A program made the translations under genes and the position numbers. Source: Squalus acanthias (Eukaryota). Taken from it: a stretch of 64,000 bases of DNA. Positions 12,907-25,214 of this stretch are shown here, in pieces. The notes below the pieces were generated by a model, which saw only the letters and a program-made list of their open reading frames with translations, did not search any database and had not been told where the DNA came from. The stretch is taken from NCBI GenBank assembly GCA_030390025.1, contig CM059433.1, positions 6,386,001 to 6,450,000 of the forward strand. Reading direction: 5' to 3'. Position 1 is the first letter of the stretch; each line of letters begins with the position of its first letter.

Positions 12907-13245
12907 CCTTCAGCCCCACAACCCCCCCGAGATATCTGCGCTCCTCTAATTCTGCCCTCTTGAGCATCCCTGATTATAATCGCTCAACCATTGGTGGCCG
13001 TGCCTTCTGTTGCCTCGGCCCTAAGCTCTGGAATTCCCTGCCTAAACCTCTCCGCCTCGCTACCTCTCTTTCCTCCTTTAAGACGCTCCTTAAAACCTAT
13101 CTCTTTGACCAAGCTTTTGGTCACCTGCCCTAATTTATCATTATGTGGATCGGTGTCAAATTCTTTGTCTTAAAATCCTCCTGTGCAGCGCCTTGGGACG
13201 TTTTACTACGTTAAAGGCGCTATATAAATACAAGTTGTTGTTATT
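12907..13245 (+). mobile_element. L2-clade LINE 3' fragment
   Basis: Near-identical to 42795-43140; GGRAF...APKLWNSLP-type motif; tail aaaggcgctatataaatacaag(TTG)n. Confidence 0.85.
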
Positions 13246-13377
13246 GATGTCTTGATGGTCACCTAAGTGATTTGAGCAACAACAAAAAAGGGAAAGTGTC
13301 TTTTCCTCATTAGGTGCTGATCGGCCTGTTGTATGTTGCAAGCACTTTCTGTTTCTGTTCATGGGAATAAATACTGG

Positions 13378-14522
13378 GGCCTGGAGTTTCCTCCGCACTT
13401 CCGCCCAGATACGCACGTAAGAAAAGATTGTAGAATATTGGGTGTAATGAGTTATGTGTGTAACTACAATACATCCAAGACGCCTCGATCTTTTACGTCC
13501 ATCCATCAAACCTTCCGTTCGAGCGAATCTCCGCCCACAAAACTGACCACGCCGCTGACTCTCAAATGTGAGTATCCTGCAATTGCGCCTGTTCGGGAAT
13601 CTCTACACATTGCCAGCCCTGGGGAGGCGGGTTTGGAGGTGGGACTGCTGGGAAAATGGCAGAATTTGGGGGCGGGTGCCCAACCCGCCCACAACCCGCC
13701 TCCGTGCCATCTTGCCAGGAGGCGGGTAGCCGTCCCGCGCTGGGTCCCATCTCCTTGGAGGCGGGAAGGGGATTACAGCCACTTAACTACCTGTTAACAG
13801 GTAGTTAACAGGCAGATAAGAGGATTATCCCCATTTTGCCCACACAAGTGCGGGCTTCCCGAAGACTCTGAAACCCGCCAGGGTCACCGAGACGAGTAGT
13901 GGGTCTGCGGGGGTCGGAGGGGTGCAAAAGTGTGCTGTGGAGGTAAGTGATGGGTGCAAGTGTGGAGAGGTGAGTATCTGAGGTAAGTGGAAAGTCTTAG
14001 AAAAAGTGTACTTACCTTTGTTTCTTCCTGCAAGCTTCAGTCGGTGGGTATGCGGAGAGTCTCGCACGTCCATCTCATTTCTGCAAAAGAAAGAGTTTTG
14101 ATGAGGTCTTGAGTTCAAGAACTCATCAAACTACATAGAATGTCAGTGTTTGACAGCTTCACAGAGCTGTCAAACGATGACAATTCAATTGTCAAAAACT
14201 TTTGACAGATGAAACGTCATACATTGACATTCTCTGTAACCGGCTTCCCCTTAATTGGCCTGCTAAGCCCGTTGGGACTGAAACCCGACAAGTGGGAGTC
14301 CCGCCTCCAAAAGCTCCCCATTGGCAACATCCCACCCATTGGGTCCAGACTTTCAGGTGCAGCAAGAAACAAAGTCATTTTTCTGGTCTTTTAATTGCAC
14401 TTTTTGAGCATTTTTAGTAAAATCCATCCTTACTGAGAACTGCTCTGTGTGTCATCTGTTTCTTTTAATGCATTTTTATGGCAAAGTATGTCACATTGCG
14501 CCCACGTAGGAAACTCCAGCCC
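13378..14522. mobile_element. Harbinger-type non-autonomous element, probably composite
   Basis: TIRs GGCCTGGAGTTTCCTCCG / rc GGGCTGGAGTTTCCTACG (16/18); TSD not clean; 13600-13780 resembles the subterminal region 8900-9060. Confidence 0.6.
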
Positions 14523-14682
14523 TTTGTTTCAGTGACAGCAGAATAACAGTGAGAAAATTGTGTTCCATTAAGTCTGCTGCGCAATAGACAAGAGCCTGCA
14601 GCAAACTGTACATAAAGTCCAGCTTTTCAAATGAACGTCAGTGACCAGCAGTGCGAAGGGTGGTGGGAGGTAAAATTAATAT

Positions 14683-14850
14683 GCCAGGCATCATCGAAGA
14701 GAGGAGAAACAGAGTCAACGTTTTGGGTCGAACCGTTCGTCAGAAACGTTGACTCTGTTTCTCCTCTCTTCGACGTTGCCTGACCTGCTGAGTGTTTCCA
14801 GCACTTTCTGTTGTTATTTCAGATTTCCAGCATCCGCAGTATTTTGCTAT
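14683..14850. mobile_element. Short fold-back Penelope-like insertion
   Basis: Inverted arms; 14-bp TSD GGTAAAATTAATAT at 14669-14682 and 14851-14864. Confidence 0.85.
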
Positions 14851-14910
14851 GGTAAAATTAATATACTCACCTGAGGTGAGATTTCATTCAGCGTAACGTC
14901 TGAATGTTCA

Positions 14911-15280
14911 AACATAGAAACATAGAAAAATAGGAGCAGGAGTAGGTCATTCGGCCCTTCGAGCCTGCTCCGCCATTCAATATGATCATGGCTGATCCTC
15001 TATCTCAATACCATATTCCTCCTCTCTCCCCATACCCCTTGATGCCTTTTGCGTCTAGAAATCTATCTATCTCCTTCTTAAATATATTCAGTGACTTGGC
15101 CTCCACAGCCCTCTGGGGTAGAGAATTCCACAGGTTCACCACCCTCTGAGTGAAGACATTTCTCCTCATCTCAGTCCTAAATGTCCTACCCCGTATCCTG
15201 AGACTGTGACCCCTCGTTCTAGACCCCCCAGCCAGGGGAAACATCCTCCCTGCATCCAGTCTGTCTAGCCCTGTCAGAAT
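14911..15280 (-). mobile_element. CR1 LINE 3' fragment
   Basis: FPLAGGSRTRGHSLRIRG...WNSLPQ; (TTTCTATG)n tail. Confidence 0.9.
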
Positions 15281-15479
15281 TCAAGTGCTTTAGCTGATGC
15301 CAATATTGAGCCTGTCATAGAAAACTGCTCCACTCGCTAGTATTTACAATTTCATTTCTTAATAACAAAAAAAATTTAAATACTTTGGAAATTCAGATGC
15401 TTAAAATGCAAGAGCAGCAGTCTATGTATCTGCACCCCTAGATCTGTTCTTCCACTCTCCATTCAGGGTATACTTCCTA

Positions 15480-16340
15480 CTGCTGTTCCTTTTTTGGAAA
15501 TGCACTATTTCACAATTCTTTGTATTGAACGGCATTTCCTACCTATCTACCCACCCCACCAGCTTGTCTGATCTCCCCTGCAGTCTCCTGCATCCATCCT
15601 CACAGTTTGCCAAGGCCTCTAATTTGGTATCCTCAGCAAACGTCCATATCATTCCTCTTGTGCCTATGTCCAAATCATTCATATAAATGGAAAACAAAAG
15701 AAGTCCCCGCACAAATCCCTGGAGCACACGATTCTTCTTCTTCTTAGGCAGTCCCTCAGAACCGAGGATGACTTGCTTCCACATTAAAAATGAGTTCTCA
15801 GGTGACTGATGAGTCCAATGCGGGACCTACAGTCTCTGCCACAGGTGGGGCAGACGGTGGTTGAAGGGGCGGGTGGGTGGGGTGCTTGGGTTGACGTGCG
15901 CTCCTTCCGCTGTTTGCGCTTGGCTGCCACTTGCTCCCGGCGAAGAGACTCGAGGTGTTCGGCGCCTTCCCGGATGCTTCTCCTCCACTTTGTGCGGTCT
16001 TGGGCCAGGGATTCCCAGGTGTCGGTGGGGATGTTGCAATTTTTCAAGGAGGCTTTGAGGGTGTCCTTGAAGAATTTCCTCTGCCCACCTGGGGCTCTCT
16101 TGCCGTGCCGGAGCTCCGAGTAGAGCGCTTGTTTTGGGAGTCTCGTATCGGGCATGCGGACGATGTGGCCCGTCCATCAGAGCTGATCGAGTGTGGTCAA
16201 AGCTTCGATGCTGGGGATGTTGGCCTGAGCGAGAACACTGACGTTGGTGCACCTATCCTGCCAATGGATTTGCAGGATCTTGCGGAGGCAAGATTACCCT
16301 CAACCTGACAATCAAAAAATATCCATTTACCTCTACCTAT
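15480..16340 (-). mobile_element. Old CR1 RT fragment interrupted by an RTE 3' fragment (~15734-16288)
   Basis: VLQG...LLFSIYMNDLD...FAEDTKL; RTE part is near-identical to 3859-4410, with (AAG)n tail. Confidence 0.85.
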
Positions 16341-16963
16341 GCCGTCTGTCCCCAGACAACCCCCTATCCATATGGTTACATTCCTTTAATAGCATATGCC
16401 TCAATTTTTGCAACAAGTCCCTTATATTTGGAATATACCCATAATTAAAACTTCTAAAACAGTTGTATGTTCAGTTTATGTAATATCTAGGGTCACACAA
16501 AAAATGGGGCAGATTTTGGTGTTAGAGGGCATCTAACGGGGTGTGGCTTAGTTAAACTTGCTCTTGCTTGTCTAGGTTTTAAAATTTTTATGTGGCAAGT
16601 TGCTGAAAGTGTGAGCTGATAATGTCGCAGCGAGGGAAACAGGGCATCTGGGACCCGAGTAAACTGGGCAGGCAACTGTGTATCTCCTTAACCAATCAGA
16701 TTGAAGGATTGTGAAATGCACAGCGCAAGGACTGAGAAGGAAGTGTAAACTAGAGTGAGTGAATTCAATGTCAAATCTGATACAGAGAGGGAAAGAAAGA
16801 GTGGATTAAGAGAGAGAGAAAAACTAGACAGAAAGGAAAAGTTTTAAAAAAATTTACATTTCAAATTTTACATTTTTTTAATTTCCAACAATTGAAGCCT
16901 GAAGGAATGAGACTCTATACTTGTAATAGTTAATTTTCAGTGCCAGAAAGGTTGATTGGCAGT

Positions 16964-18652
16964 AATGATCTAGACTTGAATATAGGGGGTATGATTAAGA
17001 AGTTTGCAGATGATACTAAAATCAGCTGTGTGGTTGATACTGAATAAGGAAGCTGTAGACTGCAGGAAGATATCAATAAATTGGTCAGGTGGTCAGAACA
17101 GTGGCAAATGGAATTCAATCCGGAGAAGTGTGAGGTAATGCATTCGGGGAGGGCTAACAAGGAAAGGGAATACACATTGGCCCAAAAATTCGTGAGGAAG
17201 CCTTCGTGCGAGGGTAAGGCTTCCCCGCGATCTCTCACTGCGCGTTGGCTTTTTCAGTTCCAGCTCGCACGAACTTGATGTTCTGGACAGCTGCTGTGCT
17301 GGGCTTGCGTATCCCACAGGCGTAGTTAATTCGTGCGAGCTGTGGGATCACGTGACTCAGTTAGAGCCAATGGCAGCGCACCATCTTCCATTCATAACTT
17401 TCACATAAGTGCTGTGGAAGCTATGAATACTATAGTCCCCCAAAAGAACCGCTAAACCTCAATTAAATTTAAAAAAAAACCCATCACATTAATAAAATAA
17501 GTATAGTTAAATAAATTAACCATTTTAAATAAAAAATTAAATTTTTGAAAAAATTTAAAATCTTTTAAAAAGTTATAAAAATAAACTTACCTGTCTTTAA
17601 AGTCTCTAAAAAAGATATACCTGTTAAAAAAAATTCAAAATAATACTTAATTCACTACTTACCTTGTTAAAAGTGGGTCTTACTCCTTTTTTTATGTGTA
17701 AAATCTTCCATGCTTACCTGCGCGTTGAAACCACTAAGTGCACTGCATGCGCGCAGCCTGTAGCGCGCACGCAGTTCACCTAGGAACCGCCCCCTTTTCC
17801 ATTCACCAAGTGCCGGTTTTCAGCGCATGCGCAGTGCATGCAGAAAACCGGCAATTGGAGACAGAATACGCGAGAGTACACAGTGCGTACTCTCGCGTAG
17901 CGGCACTAATTTTTGGGCCATTAAATGGTAGGACACTGAGTAGTGTAGAGGAACAAAGGGACCTTGGAGTGCATGTCCAGAGATCCCTGAAGGTAACAGG
18001 CCAGGTAGATAAGGTGGTTAAGAAGGCATACGGGATACTTGCCTTTATTAGCCGTGGCATAGAATACAAGAGCAGGGGGGTTATGCTTCAACTGTATAAA
18101 ACACTGGTTAGGCCTCGGCTAGAGTACTGCATGCAGTTCTGGTCACCACATTACAGGAAAGATGTGATTGCACTAGAGAGGGTACAGAGGAGATTTACAA
18201 GGATGGTGCCGGGAGTAGAGAATCTTAGCTATGAGGAAAGACTGGATAGGCTGGGTCTGTTTTCCTTGGAACAGAGGAGGCTGAGGGGAGACCTTATAAA
18301 ATTATGAGGGGTATAGATAAAGTGGATAGAAAGGACCTATTTCCCTTAGCAGAGGGGTCAAAAACCAGGGGGCACAGATTTAAAGTAATTGGTGGAAGGT
18401 TTAGAGGGGATTTGAGGGGAAATTTCTTCACCCAGAGGGTTGTGGGGGTCTGGAACTCACTGCCTGAAAGGGTGGTAGAGGCAGGAACCCTAACCACATT
18501 TAAAAAGTACTTGGATGTGCACTTGGGATGCTCTAACCTGCAGGGCTACGGACCAAGAGCTGGGAAGTGGGATTAGGCTGGATAGCTCGTTGGCTGGCGC
18601 GGACACGATGGGCCGAAATGGCCTCCTTCCGTGCTGTAACTTTCTATGATTC
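16964..18652 (+). mobile_element. CR1 LINE 3' portion
   Basis: KFADDTK, WQMEFNPEKCEVMH, LVRPRLEYCMQFWSPH; ttctatgattct tail. Confidence 0.92.
17179..17919. mobile_element. Young Harbinger-type MITE (741 bp), copy 1
   Basis: TIR GGCCCAAAAATT; TSD ATT; removing it rejoins the CR1 sequence; near-identical to 41191-41934. Confidence 0.93.
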
Positions 18653-19715
18653 TAATTAGCACTTAGCACATCGTTAAAAGCATCTCTGACAGCTAAAAAG
18701 CTCCCTTTATCTGAATCCAGGCTTTGATTAAATACACGCGGACCTAAAGTGGCTCCAAGATAGGCTCCTTGCGTCACTTCAGACCAGCCGTAACTTACGG
18801 TGGTGAGTTTAGTTCGTATCTACCGCATAAATACAGCGCGGCCATTCAATGCATTTCAACGGTCAGTCAGTCAGCGAGGTGCCCTTTTCGTGAAGCTAAC
18901 AGAGGAGCGGCTCAACTTGGACAGCAACATCTGGATATTTGAGATTAACTGCATCTGCCCCTCGCTTGAAGTTGTTGTACCCCCTCTGTGCCCCCTGGTT
19001 TTTTACCCCTCTGCTAAGGGAAATAGGTCCTTTCTATCCACTTTATCTATTTGCGCATAAATAACAGTGGTTGCCATCAGCCTCACCGTTATTGTGACAG
19101 GAAAATCTGGCCCAATATTTTTGTGATTCTGAATTTATTTTGCCCTGTGTTTCTTTTATTCACTGCAAAAATGCTTCGTACACTTCATCCTGCTCTTTAG
19201 TTGAAATAGCTAAATATAACATACGGGTGTGTTAGAAATTAGTATGTTGTTTGAATAAAAAATTATTCAACACTTACTGAACAAACATTTTGTGATGTTT
19301 ACGTAAAGCCCCGGAGACCAAATTATTTTTGTTTCAAGGTGACTAATTTTTAAAGCTGCCATATGGCAAACAAGTGACCTGCTCTCCTGGAAGTTAGTGA
19401 CTTCATTGTTGTGAGAGACCGCCTTCTTGATGAAATCATGTGGCAAAGAGAAAAACTACAGTAGGAGCAAATGTTTCTATGATAACAATGCTCTGCTCCA
19501 AGATACATGTTGAGCATAGCTACACTGCTAATGAGACTTGTGCATCAAGAATATATTTCTAATATGCAATGCTACAGGTTTGAGATCTTTGTTAAATGGT
19601 ATTGCAACTGTAGACACAGATATTTTAAAATTTATTGCTTACCTATTTTTAAGTTAGACCCTAAGTTAAAATCAGGTGTTGTTTAACCATTATCCTGTTA
19701 CTCATTGATATCTAC

Positions 19716-20150
19716 TGTCAGCTGTGGCTCAGTGGGTAGCACACTTGCCTCTGAGTCAGAAGGTTGTGGGTTCAAGTCTCGCTCCATAAAATCTAGGCTG
19801 ATATTCGGAGTGCTGCTCTGTCGGAGGTGCCGTCTTTCGGATGAGAGGTTAAACTGAGGCCCCGTCTGCTCTCTCAGGTGGACGTAAAAAATCCCATGGC
19901 ACTATTTTGAAGAAGAGTAGGGGAGTTATCCCTGGTGTCCTGGGCCAATATTTCTCCCTCAACCAACATAAAAAAAACAGATTATCTGGCCATTTTCACA
20001 TTGCTGTTTGTGGGAGCTTGCTGTGCGCAAATTGGCTGCCGCGTTTCCCACATTACAACAGTGACTGCGCTTCAAAAAGTACTTAATTGGCTGTAAAGTG
20101 CTTTGAGACGTCCGGTGGTCGTGAAAGGCGCTATATAAATGCAAGTCTTT
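19716..20150 (+). mobile_element. tRNA-headed DeuSINE-like (SacSINE1-like) SINE
   Basis: A box TGGCTCAGTGG, B box GGTTCAAGT, core gaggccccgtctgctctctcaggtggacgtaaaa, L2-like tail aaaggcgctatataaat. Confidence 0.85.
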
Positions 20151-20338
20151 CGTATATTCAAATGGATTTTGCGTTTTCAGCACACTAAAGGACAAATTTA
20201 AAAGAATCTTCAAACAATTGAATTTACTAGTCATACACTTTCTAATTAATTTAATATTCATTATCTTAAATCATCACAACACCCATAACTGATCACAGCC
20301 TGAGCTCAGAAAAATACTCTCCAGGTTAGAGAATACTC

Positions 20339-20690
20339 ATTTCCATGGCAACTCTTGCCGGATTCAAGCGCTTGAGAAAATGTTTTAAAAAAGTTCATCT
20401 TTCTCAACATTTAGAATAAAATGTGTGAGTTGATCACAGTTTTTTTTTATTGTTTGATTGGGCCAAGCTTAAAAAATAAATGGCTCGGTTTGTGCTGATT
20501 CTCCGCGCAGTGTCACGCCAATCACAGCTGTGTTGTCATGTGGCGGTACTGAGTGAAGTGAAGGCTCTTCCTTACAGAGAAGGAAGGATAATCAGAGGGC
20601 GAGCCATCTGCTGCTCTTAGCTATCCGCAGCTGACGACGGACCGAAGTAGCATTGTTCAAAGCCTTTTGGTCCTGTTAAAGTAGGTGGTG
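20339..20690. promoter_or_regulatory. Candidate promoter or enhancer in non-repetitive DNA
   Basis: X-box-like ATTTCCATGGCAAC (20339-20352), ATTGG (20457), CCAAT (20518), local CpG retention; motif evidence only. Confidence 0.3.
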
Positions 20691-21409
20691 CACGGAGATT
20701 TGAAATGGGCGGAATGCTTTCATATTAAAAAAATTATTTATCCTGGCAGAATTATTACTGAGGCACTTTTTTCTGTGTCAAGAATAATTTTCCTTGACTG
20801 ATTCCCTCACACCAGAAATACATAGCTAATGTTTTAGTTCCGCAGCTTGGAGGGAAATCTTTGTGTACCATTATAAAATTTCATCAATTTGTCTCGTTCC
20901 TATCCCCATGCAAAATTGGTATTAAGCAAGGAAATGAACCAATCTTTAGATCAAAGAATGCGGACAGATATTTATATTAGAGGACAGAAAATATGAAATA
21001 TTTTGGGCTCTCGTAATTTATACTGGCAGAATTATTACTGAGGCACTTCCTTCTTATTTCATGCTTGCAATTGAGCATGCTGGAATGTTGCTTTTTCATT
21101 CTTAACATCCTCTGATTTCCTAGAGAATCATGCAAGTTTCAGAAAGCTGCTGGAGAACAATACCGTTGGTTATCGTGAGCACAGATTTGCAGAGGTGGGT
21201 CTTGCCCACATAGTGATGTGGGTACACATCACAAGGCCCAACTGCCCCATATGACAAGGGCCCAAAATATTTCATATTGTGCCTCTTCAAAAGAGGTACC
21301 TCCATATGAGGGGAAGAAAGTGAAGAGGTCACAGAGTTTAGTCAGAACCTCTGTCCTCTAATATATAGACTGACAAGGACTCGTGTTGACAAACTTGAAT
21401 ATCTCTTAA

Positions 21410-21650
21410 TGTCTCTTAATCTCTCCTGCTTTCTATCCCACCACTGACCTTCCCTTTTGTTCTTTTATCCCCTCCCCCTTTTCCCAGCATTATACTTGCT
21501 TTAAATCTATTTAATTTCCTGCTTTTTTCCAGTTCTGATGAAAGGTATTCGACCTGAAACGTTAACTCTGTTTCTCTTTCCACGGATGCTGCCTCGCCAG
21601 CGTTTTCTGTTGTTACTTCGGATTTCCAGCATCCGCAGTATTTTGCTATC
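21410..21650 (+). mobile_element. Penelope-like 3' region
   Basis: Family tail gatttccagcatccgcagtattttgc; contains a hammerhead motif. Confidence 0.8.
21531..21567 (+). ncRNA. Minimal type I hammerhead ribozyme motif (family A)
   Basis: AGTT-CTGATGA-A-AGGT(attcg)ACCT-GAAA-CGT-T-AACT. Confidence 0.75.
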
Positions 21651-22710
21651 GTTGATGCTTGATCATTTGTGTAGCAAAATTTGAATTGTGTTTCATTTCT
21701 GCAACTATCAGTCTGTACTCTTTGAGCTAAAGATTGGTTCATTTTCTTGATTTAGTTAGCAGCATTGAATGATCGCACAGTTACTGAAAAAGTTCATTTA
21801 GGTGAACAAAAGCAAAAGACACTACTTTGCCAGAAAAGGAGCCAGCGCAGCTGAAACAAGTTGGAGAGGGATGAAAGCATTCCACTGCAAGCAAGAGAGG
21901 AAGCAGTGACAGCATGACTTGTAGGATTCAATCAGAGGAACAGAGGCCTGGAAATTCCCGGGGCCCCGCCTTAGTGTGGCAGAGTGATACTTATGGCCAC
22001 CAGAATTGGAGAAGGCTTACCCAGTCAGAAATTCCGAAGTCAGCTAATTTAAATAATGCCGGCAGGGCAAGGGCAGGAGTCCTGCCAGCAGGGGGCCAGG
22101 TGCTCAGGGGGAAACCTGGAAAATTCGGTAAGTTGGCGGAACAAGGTTGTAACGTCCCTTTATAAAGGGCTCGGTGCAGTTAGGGATGAGCAGGCTCTTG
22201 GGAGAGGGACCTGAAATGGCTGGAGCTAAAGAAGGGAGAAGGCGAGGTTCTAATTTTTTCACAGGCTGATGTAAAAGTTCTGCTGGCACAAATTCGAGAA
22301 CGGAGGAATGACATTGTTGGAGTACCGGGAAAGAGGGATGGGCAGCAGCATGGGCCACGTGGAAAGAGGCGGCTGTCATTGTAAGTGGGGCCTCCGTGAC
22401 CTCAAGGACCTCCTTCAACTGTTGGAAGCTGTTTGATGACCTCACTTAGGTGAACAAACGTAAGAGAGTTTTCAGATGAATAACAGGGCAGATAACTGGA
22501 TCATAGAGAAGCACATGGCTGTTCCATACAGCAAAAGTCAAGCAATGCCCTTTCGGGTATCAGCTGGGACCATGTCCCTTGTCCCATAAGCAAAGTCACC
22601 CGACAGCACTCTAAATGACTGTTTCACGTTCTGTAATGTACGCTAACACATAGAAGTCTCACAGCCTAGGTCCTTGCTCCCTGGCACCTACTCTTACTAA
22701 TGAAAAGATA

Positions 22711-22843
22711 TGATGCGGAGATGCCGGTGTTGGACTGGGGTGGACAAATGTGAGAAGTCGCACAACACCAGGTTATAGTCCAACAGCTTTATTTGATTTC
22801 AAATAAAGCTGTTGGACTATAACCTGGTGTTGTGTGACTTCTC
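22711..22843. mobile_element. Fold-back Neptune pLTR fragment
   Basis: Palindromic arms matching 56056-56099; 15-bp TSD ACTAATGAAAAGATA. Confidence 0.85.
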
Positions 22844-23174
22844 ACTAATGAAAAGATAGAAAGAGCTTGCTATGTACTACTCCCCTTATATACTGTATTT
22901 ACTGCCATCCATTCCATGAATCCTGATTGTTAGTGACTGAAGGACGTGGAGACTGCAGCAGCTAATTGACGCTATGCATTCCTCCAGCAGGAGAAGACAG
23001 CACACTGAGAGGGAACGCCGGACTACCAGAGGGAAACATGTCAATGCCTGGCCTATGGCACTACATGAAGAGGCAGCAAAGGCCATAATTGGCTTCCACG
23101 CTGGCCTGGCAGTTGGGGATGGAGATGGGAGAGTCTCTGTGCTTTCAGTGGGTTTGTGTGAACATATAACATTT

Positions 23175-23597
23175 GGGGGGGAAAATTCGGTGGCGTCCCC
23201 TTTGTGCCATTAGCGCCCCGAAAAAGTTAGCGCCCCCGCGCCGTAAATCCAGTAGTAGCGCCCCAAGCAGGAGGTGGGGCATTACTGGAAGCGCTCCCCC
23301 TCCCTCTTGGGGCGCTACCAGTGAATTTCGCGGCGCCACGTGCACCAGCACGTAGCGCCGCGTCATTGCAGGCCTCCCTGTCGGACATATCGTCCGGCGA
23401 TAGGTCAGGGGGCGCAACTCAAGGTTGCGAGCGGGGCACTGCACACAGTGATGACGTCACAGGGCGCTACCAGCTACCGCCGCTGCTAACCTCCCGCTGA
23501 ATTTCACAGGAGGCGTTAGCGGTGCTGCGCCCGGGCGCTAGGAGGCTTTGCGCCCCGGGGGCGCTAACAGGAGGCGTAAAGCAAACCTATTTTTCTA
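23175..23597. mobile_element. MITE related to Harbinger 51852-55951
   Basis: GGGGGAAAATTC left end, repeated TTAGCGCC/GGCGCTAA, TGACGTCA; right end homologous to 55860-55950. Confidence 0.8.
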
Positions 23598-24044
23598 ATG
23601 TATTCTTCAATCTCTTCATGAGCTATCACACTGTTTATAAAAAATCTACAAAGTAGCTGATTATGTTACAACTCTGCTCAAGTCCACCAAAGTTTATTTC
23701 CTGCAGCGGCTACTAGCCAGGGTACGATGGAGAAGATTTCTGAAGAACAAGACCTTGCATTTCCTTCTACCTCTAGCGCCACTGTCAACCACTCACCCCG
23801 TCATTAACCCTCTCCCTCAGCATCGCAGAGACACCCAATTGAAGGGGTACAGATAGTGTATCTGAGGAATTAACATGTGATGCGACACAGAGCACAAGGA
23901 AGCCAGAAGATGCAGATGTGGAAGTGAAGCCTTGAAGTAGTTCGGTGGAGGCATAAGACATGTCAACCCCTGGCTGCAGAGCAAGCAGTTGATGATCTCA
24001 GTGCCCTGCTTTGAAGAAAAGGATGCTGGCAGAGCAGTTTCTCC

Positions 24045-25068
24045 AGACCGGAGGGAAGTGTGCAGTGGTGTCTTCCAGGGGTCAGTGTTGGGACCACTGC
24101 TCTTTTTGATATACATTAATGACCTGGACTTGGGGGTGCAGGGCATCATTTCATAGTTTGTAGATGACACGAAACTCGGAAATGTAGTAAATGGTGAGGA
24201 AGATAGTAACAGCCTTCAGGAGGACGTAGGCAGGCTGGTGAAATGGGCAGACATGTGGCAGATGAAATGTAATGCAGGGAAGTGTGAAGTGATGCATTTT
24301 GGTTGGAAGAATGAGGAGAGGCAATATAAACTAAATGGGACAATTTTAAATGGCGTGCAGGAACCTGGGGGTGTACATACACAAGTCTTTGAAGGTGGCA
24401 GGACAAGTTGAGAAGGCTATTTAAAAGGCATACTGGATCCTTGGTTTATAAATAGAGGCACAGAGTACAATAGCAAGGAAGTTATGCTAAACCTTTCTGA
24501 AACACTGGTTAGTCCCCAGCTGGGGTATTGTGGTCAATTCTGGGCAGCGCACCTTAGGAAGGAGGTCAAGGCCTCAGAGAGGGTGCAGAGGAGATTTACT
24601 AGAATGGTACCAGGGGTGAAAGACTTCAGTTACGTGGAGAGACTAGAGTAACTGGGGCTGTTCATCCTTACAGCAGATAAGGTTAAGGGGGGATTTGAGA
24701 GAGGTGTTCAAAATCATGAAGGGTTTTGATAGAGTAAGTAAGGAGAAACTGTTTCCAGTGGCAGAAGGGTCAGTAACTAGAGGACACAGATTTAAGGTCA
24801 TTGGCCAAAGAACCAGAGGCAACATGAGGACATTTTTTTAAGTAGCGAGTTGTTGTGATCTGGAATGCACTGCCTGAAAGGGTGGTGGGAGCAGATTCAA
24901 TAATCACTTTCAAAAAGGAATTGGATAAATACTTAAGTGGGAACATTTTAGGGTTATGGGGAAAGAGCAGGGGGGAGTGGGACTAATTGGATAGCTCTTT
25001 CAAAGAGCCGGCACGGGCACGATGGGCTGAATGGCCTCTTTCTGTGCTGCATCAGTCTATGATTCTAT
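24045..25068 (+). mobile_element. CR1 LINE 3' portion
   Basis: SGV.QGSVLGPLLFLIYINDLD...DDTKL motifs and 3' UTR with ctatgattctatg tail. Confidence 0.9.
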
Positions 25069-25214
25069 GTGTGATGTGTGGCCAATGGCTGGGATAGTGG
25101 TGGAATCCACTGACCTGTGGTGTTCCAACATCCGAGGGGGGAGCAACACATTGCGGGGCAGCCTGGAGAAAGTGGCAGCTGCAGGAACATCTCAAAACGT
25201 TCTCCTGCTTCATG

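Larger units (their letters stand above)
16506..19113. mobile_element. Harbinger-type non-autonomous element hosting a CR1 and a nested MITE
   Basis: TIRs GGGGCAGATTTT / rc GGGCCAGATTTT; TSD AAT at 16503-16505 and 19114-19116. Confidence 0.7.

Noticed and set aside
19716..19800. tRNA genes at SINE heads
   Set aside because: The A/B boxes run on into SINE core and tail; they are not standalone tRNAs.
21130..21194. Resemblance of WRTIPLVIVSTDLQ to the SPO16/C1orf146 N-terminus
   Set aside because: Short match from memory; no further exons of that gene found in the window.
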